Notes under the pieces: model-generated
What the model was told of the DNA's origin: nothing
Seen by the model: the letters and a program-made list of their open reading frames with translations, nothing else
Databases searched by the model: none
Shown: piece after piece, positions 17,256 to 26,358 of the stretch
Position numbering within the stretch: position 1 is the first letter of the stretch
Layout of the letters: every line of letters starts with the position of its first letter
DNA from: Ammonifex sp.
GTDB lineage: Bacteria > Bacillota > Desulfotomaculia > Desulfotomaculales > DYER01
Length of the DNA: 64,000 nucleotides
Direction of reading: 5' to 3'
NCBI GenBank assembly: GCA_020725605.1
Contig: DYER01000030.1
Location: 83 to 64,082 of the forward strand
Position numbers and translations under genes: made by a program

Positions 17256-17320
17256 GACGCGGAATTTTGCCGCGGAAGGCTATTCGGTCCTCGGCAGCGA
17301 TGTTGGCAAAATTCCCCGCC
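17256..17320 (+). repeat. Inverted-repeat intergenic element, copy R6
   Basis: GACGCGGAATTTTGCC-GCGGAAGGCTATTCGGTCCTCGGCAGCGATGTT-GGCAAAATTCCCCGCC. It lies between the aldolase stop (17328) and the mtaD start (17237). Confidence 0.85.
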
Positions 17321-17327
17321 GGTCTCG

Positions 17328-18014
17328 TCATTCGGCGTTGCCCCGGGCCTGGCGGCCGTTGCCGGCCTGGCCGTAGGAGGTCAGGTATTCCTCGCGCAGG
17401 CTCGCCACCTCGGCGGCCTCCAGGGCCACGGGCTGTCCCATCATACAGGCCAGGACGTAGATCTGGGCCGATTTTTCCAGTACCCGGGCCGCCACGAAGG
17501 CCTCGCCCAGGTTGCGGCCCAGGGCCACCGCGCCGTGGTTGGCGAGGAGCACGGCGTTGACCCGGCCCAGGGCCGCCACCGCCCTTCTGGCCAGCTCCGC
17601 GGTTCCGGGCGGGGCGTAGTCCGCCACCGCCACTCCCCCGCCCAGGATCTGCACCATGTCCTCGACGATGGGCGGAATGCCCCGCCGCACCACGGCCAGG
17701 GCGCTGCACCACAGGCTGTGGGTGTGGATCACGGCGCCCGCGTCCGGCCGGGCCCGGTAGATGGCGAGGTGCATCCGCCATTCGGTGGAGGGGCGGCGCT
17801 CTCCCTCCACCACCCGGCCCTCCAGGTTCAGCACCACCACGTCCTCGGGCTGCATGCCGTCGTAACCCATGCCGCTGGGCGTGATGCACACCACCTCGTC
17901 CCGCGGCACCAGGCAGGAGAGGTTGCCCCAGGTGCCCACGACCAGGCCGCTCGCGGCCACCTTCTGGGCCACCTTAACCAGTTGTTCCTTGGCCTTTTCG
18001 GTTGCCAGGCCCAT
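17328..18014 (-). CDS. Class II aldolase/adducin-family protein (MtnB/Ald2/FucA-like)
   Basis: 228 aa. ...GTWGNLS...ITPSGM...EWRMHLAIY...VIHTHS... is a class II aldolase pattern. Confidence 0.8.
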   Translation of the reverse strand: MGLATEKAKEQLVKVAQKVAASGLVVGTWGNLSCLVPRDEVVCITPSGMGYDGMQPEDVVVLNLEGRVVEGERRPSTEWRMHLAIYRARPDAGAVIHTHSLWCSALAVVRRGIPPIVEDMVQILGGGVAVADYAPPGTAELARRAVAALGRVNAVLLANHGAVALGRNLGEAFVAARVLEKSAQIYVLACMMGQPVALEAAEVASLREEYLTSYGQAGNGRQARGNAE

Positions 18015-18021
18015 GGCGCCT

Positions 18022-19278
18022 TTATTCTTCTCCTCCTTCTCCCGCCAGGTAGGCTTCCTGCTCCGGGGTCAGCCGGTCCAGCTCGATGCCCAGGGAGGCC
18101 AGCTTGCGGCGGGCCACCTCCCGGTCGATTTCCGGCGGCACCGGGTAGACCCCGGGTGTGAGCCGCCGGCCGTTTGCGGCGAGATACCGCACCGCCAGCA
18201 GTTGCAGGGCGAAGGAAAGATCCATGATCTCCACGGGATGCCCGTCTCCCGCCGCCAGATTGACCAGCCGGCCCTCGGCCAGGAGGTACAGCCGACGCCC
18301 GTCCCGCAGCGCGAACTCCTCCACCCTGGCCCGCACCTGCCGCCGGGCCACGCTCAGGCGCTCGAGGTCCGGGATGCTGATCTCCACGTTGAAGTGACCG
18401 GCGTTGGCCAGCAGGGCCCCGTCTTTCATGCGCGCGAAGTGCTCGGCCCGCAGCACGTCGCGGCACCCGGTGGCCGTGATGAAGAGGTCGCCTTTTTCCG
18501 CCGCCGCCAGCGAGGGCAGCACCTCGAACCCGTCCATGTGGGCCTCCAGGGCCCGGAAAGGATCCACTTCGCAAACCACGACTCTGGCTCCCAGGCCCCG
18601 GCCGCGCAGGGCGATGCCGCGTCCGCACCAGCCGTACCCGCACACCACCACGGTTTTCCCCGCCACCAGAAGGTTCGTGGTGCGCATCAGCCCGGCCCAC
18701 ACCGATTCGCCCGTGCCGTAGCGGTTGTCGAAAAGGTATTTGCTGTGGGCGTCGTTGACCGCGATCATGGGAAAGAGCAGTCTTCCGGCCCCGGCCAGGG
18801 CCCTGAGACGCCGGAGGCCCGTGGTGGTCTCCTCGCAGCCGCCTATGACCCCGGCCGCCAGGTCGCGCCGCACGGTGTGGAGCAGGTGCACGAGGTCTCC
18901 CCCGTCGTCGATGATGAGGTCGGGCCCGGTGGCCAGGGTGCGCAGCAGGTGGTCGCGGTATTCGGCTTCGGTGGCCCCGCACCAGGCGTAGACCTTCAGG
19001 CCCTCCTCCACCAGGGCCGCGGCCACGTCGTCCTGGGTGGAGAGGGGATTGGACCCGGTGACGGCCACCTCGGCCCCGGCGTCCCGCAGGGCCAGGGCCA
19101 GCACCGCGGTCTTGGCCTCCAGGTGGATGCACACGGCCACGCGCCGGCCCCGCAGCACGTCGGCGCGGGCCATTTCCTCCCGGATGCCAGCCACCACCGG
19201 CATGTGGGCCCTGGCCCAGGCGATCTTTTCCCGGCCGCCGGGTGCCAGGCCGGGGTCGCGGATGAGAAAGGGTTCCAC
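18022..19278 (-). CDS. ahcY: Adenosylhomocysteinase
   Basis: 418 aa. ...GSNPLSTQDDVAAAL..., ...VVCGYGWCGRG..., ...GHFNVEI... Confidence 0.9.
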   Translation of the reverse strand: MEPFLIRDPGLAPGGREKIAWARAHMPVVAGIREEMARADVLRGRRVAVCIHLEAKTAVLALALRDAGAEVAVTGSNPLSTQDDVAAALVEEGLKVYAWCGATEAEYRDHLLRTLATGPDLIIDDGGDLVHLLHTVRRDLAAGVIGGCEETTTGLRRLRALAGAGRLLFPMIAVNDAHSKYLFDNRYGTGESVWAGLMRTTNLLVAGKTVVVCGYGWCGRGIALRGRGLGARVVVCEVDPFRALEAHMDGFEVLPSLAAAEKGDLFITATGCRDVLRAEHFARMKDGALLANAGHFNVEISIPDLERLSVARRQVRARVEEFALRDGRRLYLLAEGRLVNLAAGDGHPVEIMDLSFALQLLAVRYLAANGRRLTPGVYPVPPEIDREVARRKLASLGIELDRLTPEQEAYLAGEGGEE

Positions 19279-19430
19279 CGCTCTGTCAAAACCTCCTCAA
19301 TGAGTGTGGCCTGGGAATTCTCTGCCGATGCCAAAACCCGCCCGCACCTCGCGCGCGGGTGCCGGCGCCCGGGTCTGCCTCACGGCTCGGGGCTCCGCGG
19401 GGGCCGCCGCGGCCCCCCGATGCCGGGTCC

Positions 19431-20477
<1,047 letters not shown>

Positions 20478-20490
20478 GGTAGTCGCCTCC

Positions 20491-21264
20491 TCAGGCCTCG
20501 GCCAGGGCGCGGTGGCAGGCGCACTCCCGCTCCACGTCAAGGGCTTCAAGCGTGGCCGTGATCAGCCGCCTCAGGTCGGCGCCGTAGCCCTCCATGGCCG
20601 CCACCACCTCGGGGTGGGAAAGCCGGGCCGGCGTGACGCCGGCCGCGTAATTGGCCACCACGGCGATGGCGGCGTAGCAGATCTCTGCCTCGCGGGCCAG
20701 CACCACCTCGGGCACGCCCGTCATGCCCACCACGTCCGCCCCCATGTGGCGGAACATGCGGATTTCCGCCGGGGTCTCGAACCGCGGCCCCTCGGTGCAC
20801 ACGTAGGTGCCCCTCGGGTGGGCGGGCAACCCCAGTTCTTGCGCCTTCTCCCAGAGTACCCGGCGCAGCTCGGGACAGTAGGGCTCGCTCATATCCAGGT
20901 GCACCACCCGGTCGTCGTAGAAGGTCTGGGGCCTGCTGCGGGTAAAGTCCAGGAACTGGTCCACGAAGACGAAGTGCCCGGGCGCCATGTTCACATTCAG
21001 CGAGCCCACGGCCGCCGTGGCCAGAATGGCCCTCACGCCGAGGGCCTTCAGGGCCGCGATGTTGGCGCGGTAGTTGACCCGGTGGGGGGGCACCGCGTGC
21101 CCGGCCCCGTGCCGGTTGAGAAAGGCCACCTTCCGGTGCCGGAACCGGCCCACCTGCACCGTCACCACTCCGTAGGGCGTGCTCACCTCTCGCGCCGTCG
21201 CTTCTTCGAAGAGGGCCGGGTCGTAGACGCCCGTGCCGCCGATAACCGCCAGACCAGGGGCCAA
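20491..21264 (-). CDS. mtnP: S-methyl-5'-thioadenosine phosphorylase
   Basis: ...AVIGGTGVY...FLNRHGAGHAVPPHRVNYRANI...MSEPYCP...GTYVCTEGPRFETPAEI...GMT... The start is probably the TTG at 21264, after GAGGAGGAG. Confidence 0.9.
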   Translation of the reverse strand: MAPGLAVIGGTGVYDPALFEEATAREVSTPYGVVTVQVGRFRHRKVAFLNRHGAGHAVPPHRVNYRANIAALKALGVRAILATAAVGSLNVNMAPGHFVFVDQFLDFTRSRPQTFYDDRVVHLDMSEPYCPELRRVLWEKAQELGLPAHPRGTYVCTEGPRFETPAEIRMFRHMGADVVGMTGVPEVVLAREAEICYAAIAVVANYAAGVTPARLSHPEVVAAMEGYGADLRRLITATLEALDVERECACHRALAEA

Positions 21265-21433
21265 TTTGCGCTCCTCCTCTTCCGTGCGATTGGTCCCCAA
21301 TTCTATTCGCGGCCCCGGCCCCAACTCCTCGCGGACCCCTCATAACTTTGTTGCCGGCGGTGCAGGCTAATGCCGGCGGGACTCCGGGGTGGGGTTCCCT
21401 GACGCCTTCGGCCCCGACGGTGGTGCAAAGCCC

Positions 21434-21643
21434 ATGGCGAAAAAGGTAACCCAGAACGAACTGCTGGCCGTGGCATTGAAGCGCGCCCTGGAAATGGAGG
21501 AGTTCCGCCGGGCCAAGTACCACTACCTGGTCGGCGCGGTGACCGACGCGCGCCTCCGGGAGCTGATGGCCCAGTTCGCGGTCGTGGCCCGCCACCACGC
21601 CGCGGCCCTGCAGCAACTGATGAAGGAGCTGAACGTCAAGTGA
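21434..21643 (+). CDS. Small helical protein, Coat-F/ferritin-like half domain (69 aa)
   Basis: Internal ATG of ORF 21389..21643. The product is MAKKVTQNELLAVALKRALEMEEFRRAKYHYLVGAVTDARLRELMAQFAVVARHHAAALQQLM... Its stop overlaps the next start (GTGA). Confidence 0.5.
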   Translation: MAKKVTQNELLAVALKRALEMEEFRRAKYHYLVGAVTDARLRELMAQFAVVARHHAAALQQLMKELNVK

Positions 21644-21885
21644 ACCTCCTGGAGATGCTCCACGACTGCCTGCGGGACAAGGTCCTGGCCCAGGCCTTCT
21701 ACAACGAGCAGGCCATCCACGTCTTCAACCCCGCGGCCCGGGGCCTGTTTCTGAAGTTTCGCGACGAGGAGATGGCCCACATCGAACTGCTGCAGCGGGA
21801 GATCGGCGCCATCGAGGCCCGCCCCTTCAGCGTGCACAAGATCCTGCCCCAGCCGCGGCCGCCGGTGGGCCGCGAGCCGGAATAG
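21640..21885 (+). CDS. Small helical protein, Coat-F-like (81 aa)
   Basis: ...LLEMLHDCLRDKVLAQAFYNEQAIHVFNPAARGLFLKFRDEEMAHIELLQREI... matches the Coat F pattern (D.L...K.....Y..a.....np..r..f.....e). Confidence 0.55.
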   Translation: MNLLEMLHDCLRDKVLAQAFYNEQAIHVFNPAARGLFLKFRDEEMAHIELLQREIGAIEARPFSVHKILPQPRPPVGREPE

Positions 21886-21975
21886 GCGAGTTGCGTTTGG
21901 CCGCGGAGCGGGACCGGGACCTGCGACCCAAAAGGCGGGCAGCATTCCCGGGCCCCGGGACACGGCGCTCTGTTG

Positions 21976-22104
21976 CTACCGCAGCTGCCGCAGGATACCC
22001 CACCACAGGACCAGGGCCATGCTCACCAGCAGGGCGCCGCCCAGGAAACGGAACAGCTCCGGAGCAGAATCCAGGAGCAGGAAGGGTGTGTTAAGGCGGA
22101 GCAC
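21976..22104 (-). CDS. Possible 42-aa membrane peptide
   Basis: Found manually. The GTG at 22104 lies 8 nt after GGGAGGA and overlaps the end of the upstream gene. The product is (M)LRLNTPFLLLDSAPELFRFLGGALLVSMALVLWWGILRQLR. Third codon positions are strongly G/C, like real genes in this window. Confidence 0.3.
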   Translation of the reverse strand: MLRLNTPFLLLDSAPELFRFLGGALLVSMALVLWWGILRQLR

Positions 22105-22540
22105 GGAGCAGGTCCTCCCGCAGGGCGGCCAGCCAGCTCAGCACGGTGAAAACCATGAGGTCTACGGCCGCGCTCCGGATCTTGCTCCAGTGCTGGTAGA
22201 CCAGGGCACCGCTCTCCACCAGGAGGCATTCCACACTGCAGAAGAGTCCAGTCCAGACCAGGACGTTGAGGACCCGGGCCGCCCCGCCCCGTGGCAGGTA
22301 CATGCCGAAGAGGGTCCCCACGACCAACCCCGGCCCCAACGTAAAGAACAGCGAGGACCCGTAGAGCGCCACCACGGGGTCGTCTACGCGATACAGGCCG
22401 CCCCGGATGCCGGTGGTATCGACCAGCAACTGGAGGACCACCGCCGCCAGCCCGGTCCACCAGATCAGGGCCAGGCGGCGGCGGTCCGCGAGCAGCGCGA
22501 AGAGCAGCCACGAGAGAAAAAACAAAATTATCCAGGGCAC
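22091..22540 (-). CDS. Integral membrane protein (4-5 TM), family not recognised with certainty
   Basis: The GTG at 22540 lies 8 nt after GGAAGGAG. The product is (M)PWIILFFLSWLLFALLADRRRLALIWWTGLAAVVLQLLVD... Confidence 0.55.
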   Translation of the reverse strand: MPWIILFFLSWLLFALLADRRRLALIWWTGLAAVVLQLLVDTTGIRGGLYRVDDPVVALYGSSLFFTLGPGLVVGTLFGMYLPRGGAARVLNVLVWTGLFCSVECLLVESGALVYQHWSKIRSAAVDLMVFTVLSWLAALREDLLRAPP

Positions 22541-22745
22541 TTTTTCTTCTCCTTCCGGAAGCCGCGTGTCTTTCGGACCGGCGTCGGTTCCCCCGGGTGC
22601 GTGGCGAAAACGGGCCTCCCCGGGCGGATGGGCGGGAACGGCCACTGGCAACCGCCCGCTGCCGTACGGTACGCTAAGGTATCACGGACATAATCTTTGT
22701 TCCGCGGGCCGAAAATATTAGTGCCGTCAAAAGGGGGCGTAATGC

Positions 22746-23846
22746 GTGCGGGTGGCCATTGTGGGCGCCGGGCCGGCCGGCCTGGCCTGCGCCATCGAGC
22801 TGGAACGTCGCGGCATCCAGCCCGACATCTTCGAGCGGCGGTACCGGGTCGGGCTGCCGCATTCCTTTCCCATGGTACTCCTCCAGCCCTTTTCCGCCGG
22901 CGGCGTCAGCGACCAGATGGTCTTTTTGCGGGATAGGCTCGGCATCCACCTGAATCCCCTTCAGCCCCTGGGCCGGATCGTGATGCACGGCCCCACCAGG
23001 AAGGCCGTGATCGGGGGGGCGCTGGGCTACATCCTGGAGCGCGGCCAGGGCCCGGACAGCGTGGAAAGCCAGCTCCTGCGGCAGCTCACCACGCCGGTGA
23101 CCTACAACCACCACGCCGACTACCGCAGCCTGGCGCGGGAGTACGACTACGTCGTGGTGGCCGACGGGCGCCCAGACGTGGCCCGCAGCCTCGGCTACTG
23201 GCAACCCCACGGCAGGGTTGCGGTGCGCGGGGCCGTCATTCTGGGCCGCTTCGAACCGCAGACCGTGCACATGTATCTGGACACCTCCTTCGCCCGGCAG
23301 GGGTTTGCCGTGGAGATCCCCTTCGGCCCGCACCACGCTTCCCTGCTGCTGATGGTGACGGGCATCAGGACCGACGAGCTCAACGACCACTGGGCCCGGT
23401 TCCTGTACCGCACCGGAAAGAGCCCCGAGATCGTGGAGACCTTCGAGTCCGAACACGAAACGGGCCTGGTCTCCCGCCGCAGCCACGGTAACCTGCTGCT
23501 GGCGGGCAACGCCGGCGGCTTCACCGAGACCTGCCTGGGCCTCGGCGTGTTCGCGGCCGTGGTGAGCGGGGTGCTGGCCGCCCGGGCCGTGGCGGAAGAC
23601 CGGGACTTCGAGGCCCTGGCGCGGCCCCTGGTCAGGCACGCGGAGCGCATGCACCTGCTGCGCGCGGCCCTGGACCGCATGGATAACGCGGATCTGGACC
23701 GGCTGGTGGGGGTCCTGGGACTTCCGGGAGTGAGGCACCTCTTCTACAACGCGCGGCTCAACCCCATGCGCCTGGTGCCCGCGGTTCTGGCCCTGGCCGC
23801 GCGCCGGCGGCGGATCGGACTGCGGGCCGCCCGCGGGGGGAAGTGA
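22746..23846 (+). CDS. FAD-dependent oxidoreductase (geranylgeranyl-reductase-like flavoprotein), paralog 1
   Basis: 366 aa. Dinucleotide-binding motif VAIVGAGPAGLACAIELERRG. The GTG start lies 8 nt after AAAGGGGG. Confidence 0.8.
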   Translation: MRVAIVGAGPAGLACAIELERRGIQPDIFERRYRVGLPHSFPMVLLQPFSAGGVSDQMVFLRDRLGIHLNPLQPLGRIVMHGPTRKAVIGGALGYILERGQGPDSVESQLLRQLTTPVTYNHHADYRSLAREYDYVVVADGRPDVARSLGYWQPHGRVAVRGAVILGRFEPQTVHMYLDTSFARQGFAVEIPFGPHHASLLLMVTGIRTDELNDHWARFLYRTGKSPEIVETFESEHETGLVSRRSHGNLLLAGNAGGFTETCLGLGVFAAVVSGVLAARAVAEDRDFEALARPLVRHAERMHLLRAALDRMDNADLDRLVGVLGLPGVRHLFYNARLNPMRLVPAVLALAARRRRIGLRAARGGK

Positions 23847-25069
23847 CCTTGCGGGTGGCGATCATAGGCGCGGGCGCGGCCGGCCTGGCCTGCGCCGTCG
23901 AGCTGCAGCGCCACGGCGTGGTCCCGGAACTCTTCGAGCAGCGGCCGCGGGTGGGTGAACTCTTCCCCCACGTGGCCGGAACCCTGCAGCTCTTCAACCG
24001 TCCGGTGGACGACCAGGTGCGGTACCTGCGCCGGGAGTTCGGCCTGGCCCTTACGCCCCTGGCGCCCATGCGGCGCATCCTCATGAAGACCCCCTACCGC
24101 ACCCGCGAGGTGCGCGGCCGGCTGGGCTACTTTTTCCTGCGCGGGCAGGACCCCGACTCGCTGGAGAATCAGCTGTGCAGCGCCGTCACCTCGCCCATCC
24201 ACTTCAACACCAGGGCCGACCACCGCTACCTGGCCCGCCGGTACGACTACGTAGTGGTGGCCACGGGCAACAACGAGGTGCCGGCGGCCCTTGGTTGCTG
24301 GCAGCCCCTGATGAAGGCCGTGGTGCGGGGGGCGGTGGTGCTGGGGGAATTCGACCCCTATACCATCGTCATGTGGGTCGACACCCAGTACACCAAGGGC
24401 GGCTACGCCTACCTGACGCCCTTCTCGGCCCGGCGGGCCTCGCTGGTGCTGAACGTGCCCGACGCCCCACCGGCGGCCGCCGACTACTACTGGTCCACCT
24501 TCTGGCGCGCGGAAAACCTGCGGTATCAGGTCGTGGAGGACTTTGTGTGGGAGCACTACTTCGGGTGGGTGTATCCCCATCGGGTGGGCAACGTGCTGCT
24601 GGCGGGAATCGCGGGCGGGTTCATGGAAACCTTCCTGGGTTTCGGGCTGCTGGGGGCTCTGAGGAGCGGGGTACTGGCGGCCCGCGCCATCGCCACCGGA
24701 CAGGACTACGAGGAACTGGTCAAGCCCCTGCGGCGCGAAATGCACCAGACCCTGGTTTTCCGCGAGTGGCTCAACCGGGCCACCAACCGCGACGTGGACC
24801 TGCTGGTGCGCGTTATTACTTCTCCCGGCCTCAGACAGCTTATCTACAACACCAACCTGGAGTGGATCAAGTGGACTGCCCGGAGCATGACCCTGTGGCG
24901 CCGGGTGGCGGACCGGCTCCGGCAATTGAGGGGGGCCGGTATTCCGGCGCGGGACCCTAAGCATCGTCCCGTACGCCCCGCAGCACCGCCACGCCCAGCA
25001 GAAAGGCCGGAAGGACCAGTTCCAGCACCAGGGCGAAGCCGGGAAAGACCCTGGCGAAGAATTCCGTGA
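23843..25069 (+). CDS. FAD-dependent oxidoreductase, paralog 2 (tandem duplicate)
   Basis: 408 aa. VAIIGAGAAGLACAVELQRHG, colinear with paralog 1. The start overlaps the upstream stop (GTGA). The last 45 or so codons are low-complexity and antisense to the convergent gene. Confidence 0.8.
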   Translation: MTLRVAIIGAGAAGLACAVELQRHGVVPELFEQRPRVGELFPHVAGTLQLFNRPVDDQVRYLRREFGLALTPLAPMRRILMKTPYRTREVRGRLGYFFLRGQDPDSLENQLCSAVTSPIHFNTRADHRYLARRYDYVVVATGNNEVPAALGCWQPLMKAVVRGAVVLGEFDPYTIVMWVDTQYTKGGYAYLTPFSARRASLVLNVPDAPPAAADYYWSTFWRAENLRYQVVEDFVWEHYFGWVYPHRVGNVLLAGIAGGFMETFLGFGLLGALRSGVLAARAIATGQDYEELVKPLRREMHQTLVFREWLNRATNRDVDLLVRVITSPGLRQLIYNTNLEWIKWTARSMTLWRRVADRLRQLRGAGIPARDPKHRPVRPAAPPRPAERPEGPVPAPGRSRERPWRRIP

Positions 25070-26063
25070 CCTCCTGGACCTCAGGAGGGAGAAGGGAAAG
25101 GGCCGCGGTCAAGATGCCGAGGGGCCAAACCAGCGGCCGGTAGTCGCGCAAACCCAGCCACTGGGCTATGGCCAGGCTGGTCATGTAGAGCAAAATGGCG
25201 TACTTCAAAAAGATGCCGCCGAACCACACCAGCATCATGAGGGCTTCCAGATGCTGAATGAAATCGCGCACGTTGATCATGCGCACCAGCTCGAGGGCCG
25301 GGTAGGGGAACCTGGCCGTCACCTCGGCGCCGAAGACGCCGATGGCCATGACGCCCACCCCGAGCATGGCCAGCAATCCTCCCAGGGTGCCGAAGCTCCA
25401 GGCGTAGATGCCCCGGACGCTCCCGACGAAGGGGAGGAACATGAGGATGATGTAGCCCTGGGCCACGTGCCCGAACAGGGGCAGGGAGCCGTCGATTACG
25501 GGCTTCCACCCCCGTTCCAGGACGGGCAGGTAGTTGCGAAGGTCCAGGTCCTTGGCCACCAGCGCGGCCACCAGCAGCACCGTGAAGGCGCCCACCGGGA
25601 GCAAAAGGTCGTTGACCCGGGTGAAGACCTCCAGCCCCCGGCGCACGGCGTGGCCGGCCAGCACCACCGTAATGGCGATGAAAACCACCTTGGGTGTGGT
25701 GGGCAGGAAGGCCGTGACCATGAGCTCCGAGACGTGCCAGACCTGGCGGCTGCTGTGGGTGACGAAGTTGTAGATGTAGAAAAGGCCCACCAGGCTCCCC
25801 AACCAGAAACCCAGGATCTGGCGGCTGAAACCGATCAGGGTCTGGCGGCGGAAACGCAGACCCAGGGGAATGATGACCAGCACGGCCAGCACGCCCTCCA
25901 GGGCCGCCAGCAACACCGCCAGCCAGCCGTCCCGCCCGGCCTTGACCGCCACGATGTGGGGCATGTAAATGTCCGTGGTGGCCAGGATGAAGGTGAAGAG
26001 CAGAAAGTAGAGCTGCTGGAGGGAAATCTGCCCCCGCTCCAGGTCCCGCAAGCGCCCGCCCAC
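24957..26063 (-). CDS. Spore germination protein, GerAB/GerKB-type amino-acid-permease-like membrane subunit
   Basis: ...GQISLQQLYFLLFTFILATTDIYMPHIVAVKAGRDGWLAVLLAAL... with about 10 TM segments. The GTG at 26063 lies 6 nt after GGAGGCG. Confidence 0.8.
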   Translation of the reverse strand: MGGRLRDLERGQISLQQLYFLLFTFILATTDIYMPHIVAVKAGRDGWLAVLLAALEGVLAVLVIIPLGLRFRRQTLIGFSRQILGFWLGSLVGLFYIYNFVTHSSRQVWHVSELMVTAFLPTTPKVVFIAITVVLAGHAVRRGLEVFTRVNDLLLPVGAFTVLLVAALVAKDLDLRNYLPVLERGWKPVIDGSLPLFGHVAQGYIILMFLPFVGSVRGIYAWSFGTLGGLLAMLGVGVMAIGVFGAEVTARFPYPALELVRMINVRDFIQHLEALMMLVWFGGIFLKYAILLYMTSLAIAQWLGLRDYRPLVWPLGILTAALSLLPPEVQEVTEFFARVFPGFALVLELVLPAFLLGVAVLRGVRDDA

Positions 26064-26228
26064 TTTTTTCGCCTCCGGGCAATAGTATCCGCCGCCCACG
26101 GACCGGCCTATGCCGGTAAGGCCCGCGGAGGGCACCGTCCCGGAGCGCGGCAGGGTGCGTCGGGTAATGGGGGGCCGCGCCGCGCCCCCCGGGAAAAAAG
26201 CGCGGCACGAAGGCCGCGCCGGCGAAAC

Positions 26229-26296
26229 GACGGGGAATTTTGCCTTCGGAAAGCCACGCGATTATCGGTACCGGTGGGTTGGCAAAATTCCCCGTC
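26229..26296 (+). repeat. Inverted-repeat intergenic element, copy R7 (best preserved)
   Basis: GACGGGGAATTTTGCC-TTCGGAAAGCCACGCGATTATCGGTACCGGTGGGTT-GGCAAAATTCCCCGTC. The two 16-nt arms are perfect reverse complements. Confidence 0.9.
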
Positions 26297-26358
26297 GAAC
26301 GGACGGACCGCCCTGCGTAGAAGGGCGGCCCGTGCCGAACGGATACCCGATTGTTAAT

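Noticed and set aside
19300-19350. Possible ninth, heavily decayed copy of the inverted-repeat element. The minus strand reads CGGCACC...GGGTTTTGGCATCGGCAGAGAATTCCCAGG.
   Set aside because: Only scattered blocks (CGGCACC, GGGTT, GGCA, AATTCCC) match. The arms do not pair, so the match could be chance.
19279-19430. Looked for a SAH or SAM riboswitch in the mtnA-ahcY spacer.
   Set aside because: There are GC hairpins (GGGGGCC-gcggc-GGCCCCC and a GCGGG..TTTT stem) but no match to the SAH riboswitch consensus as I recall it. It needs cmsearch to be certain.
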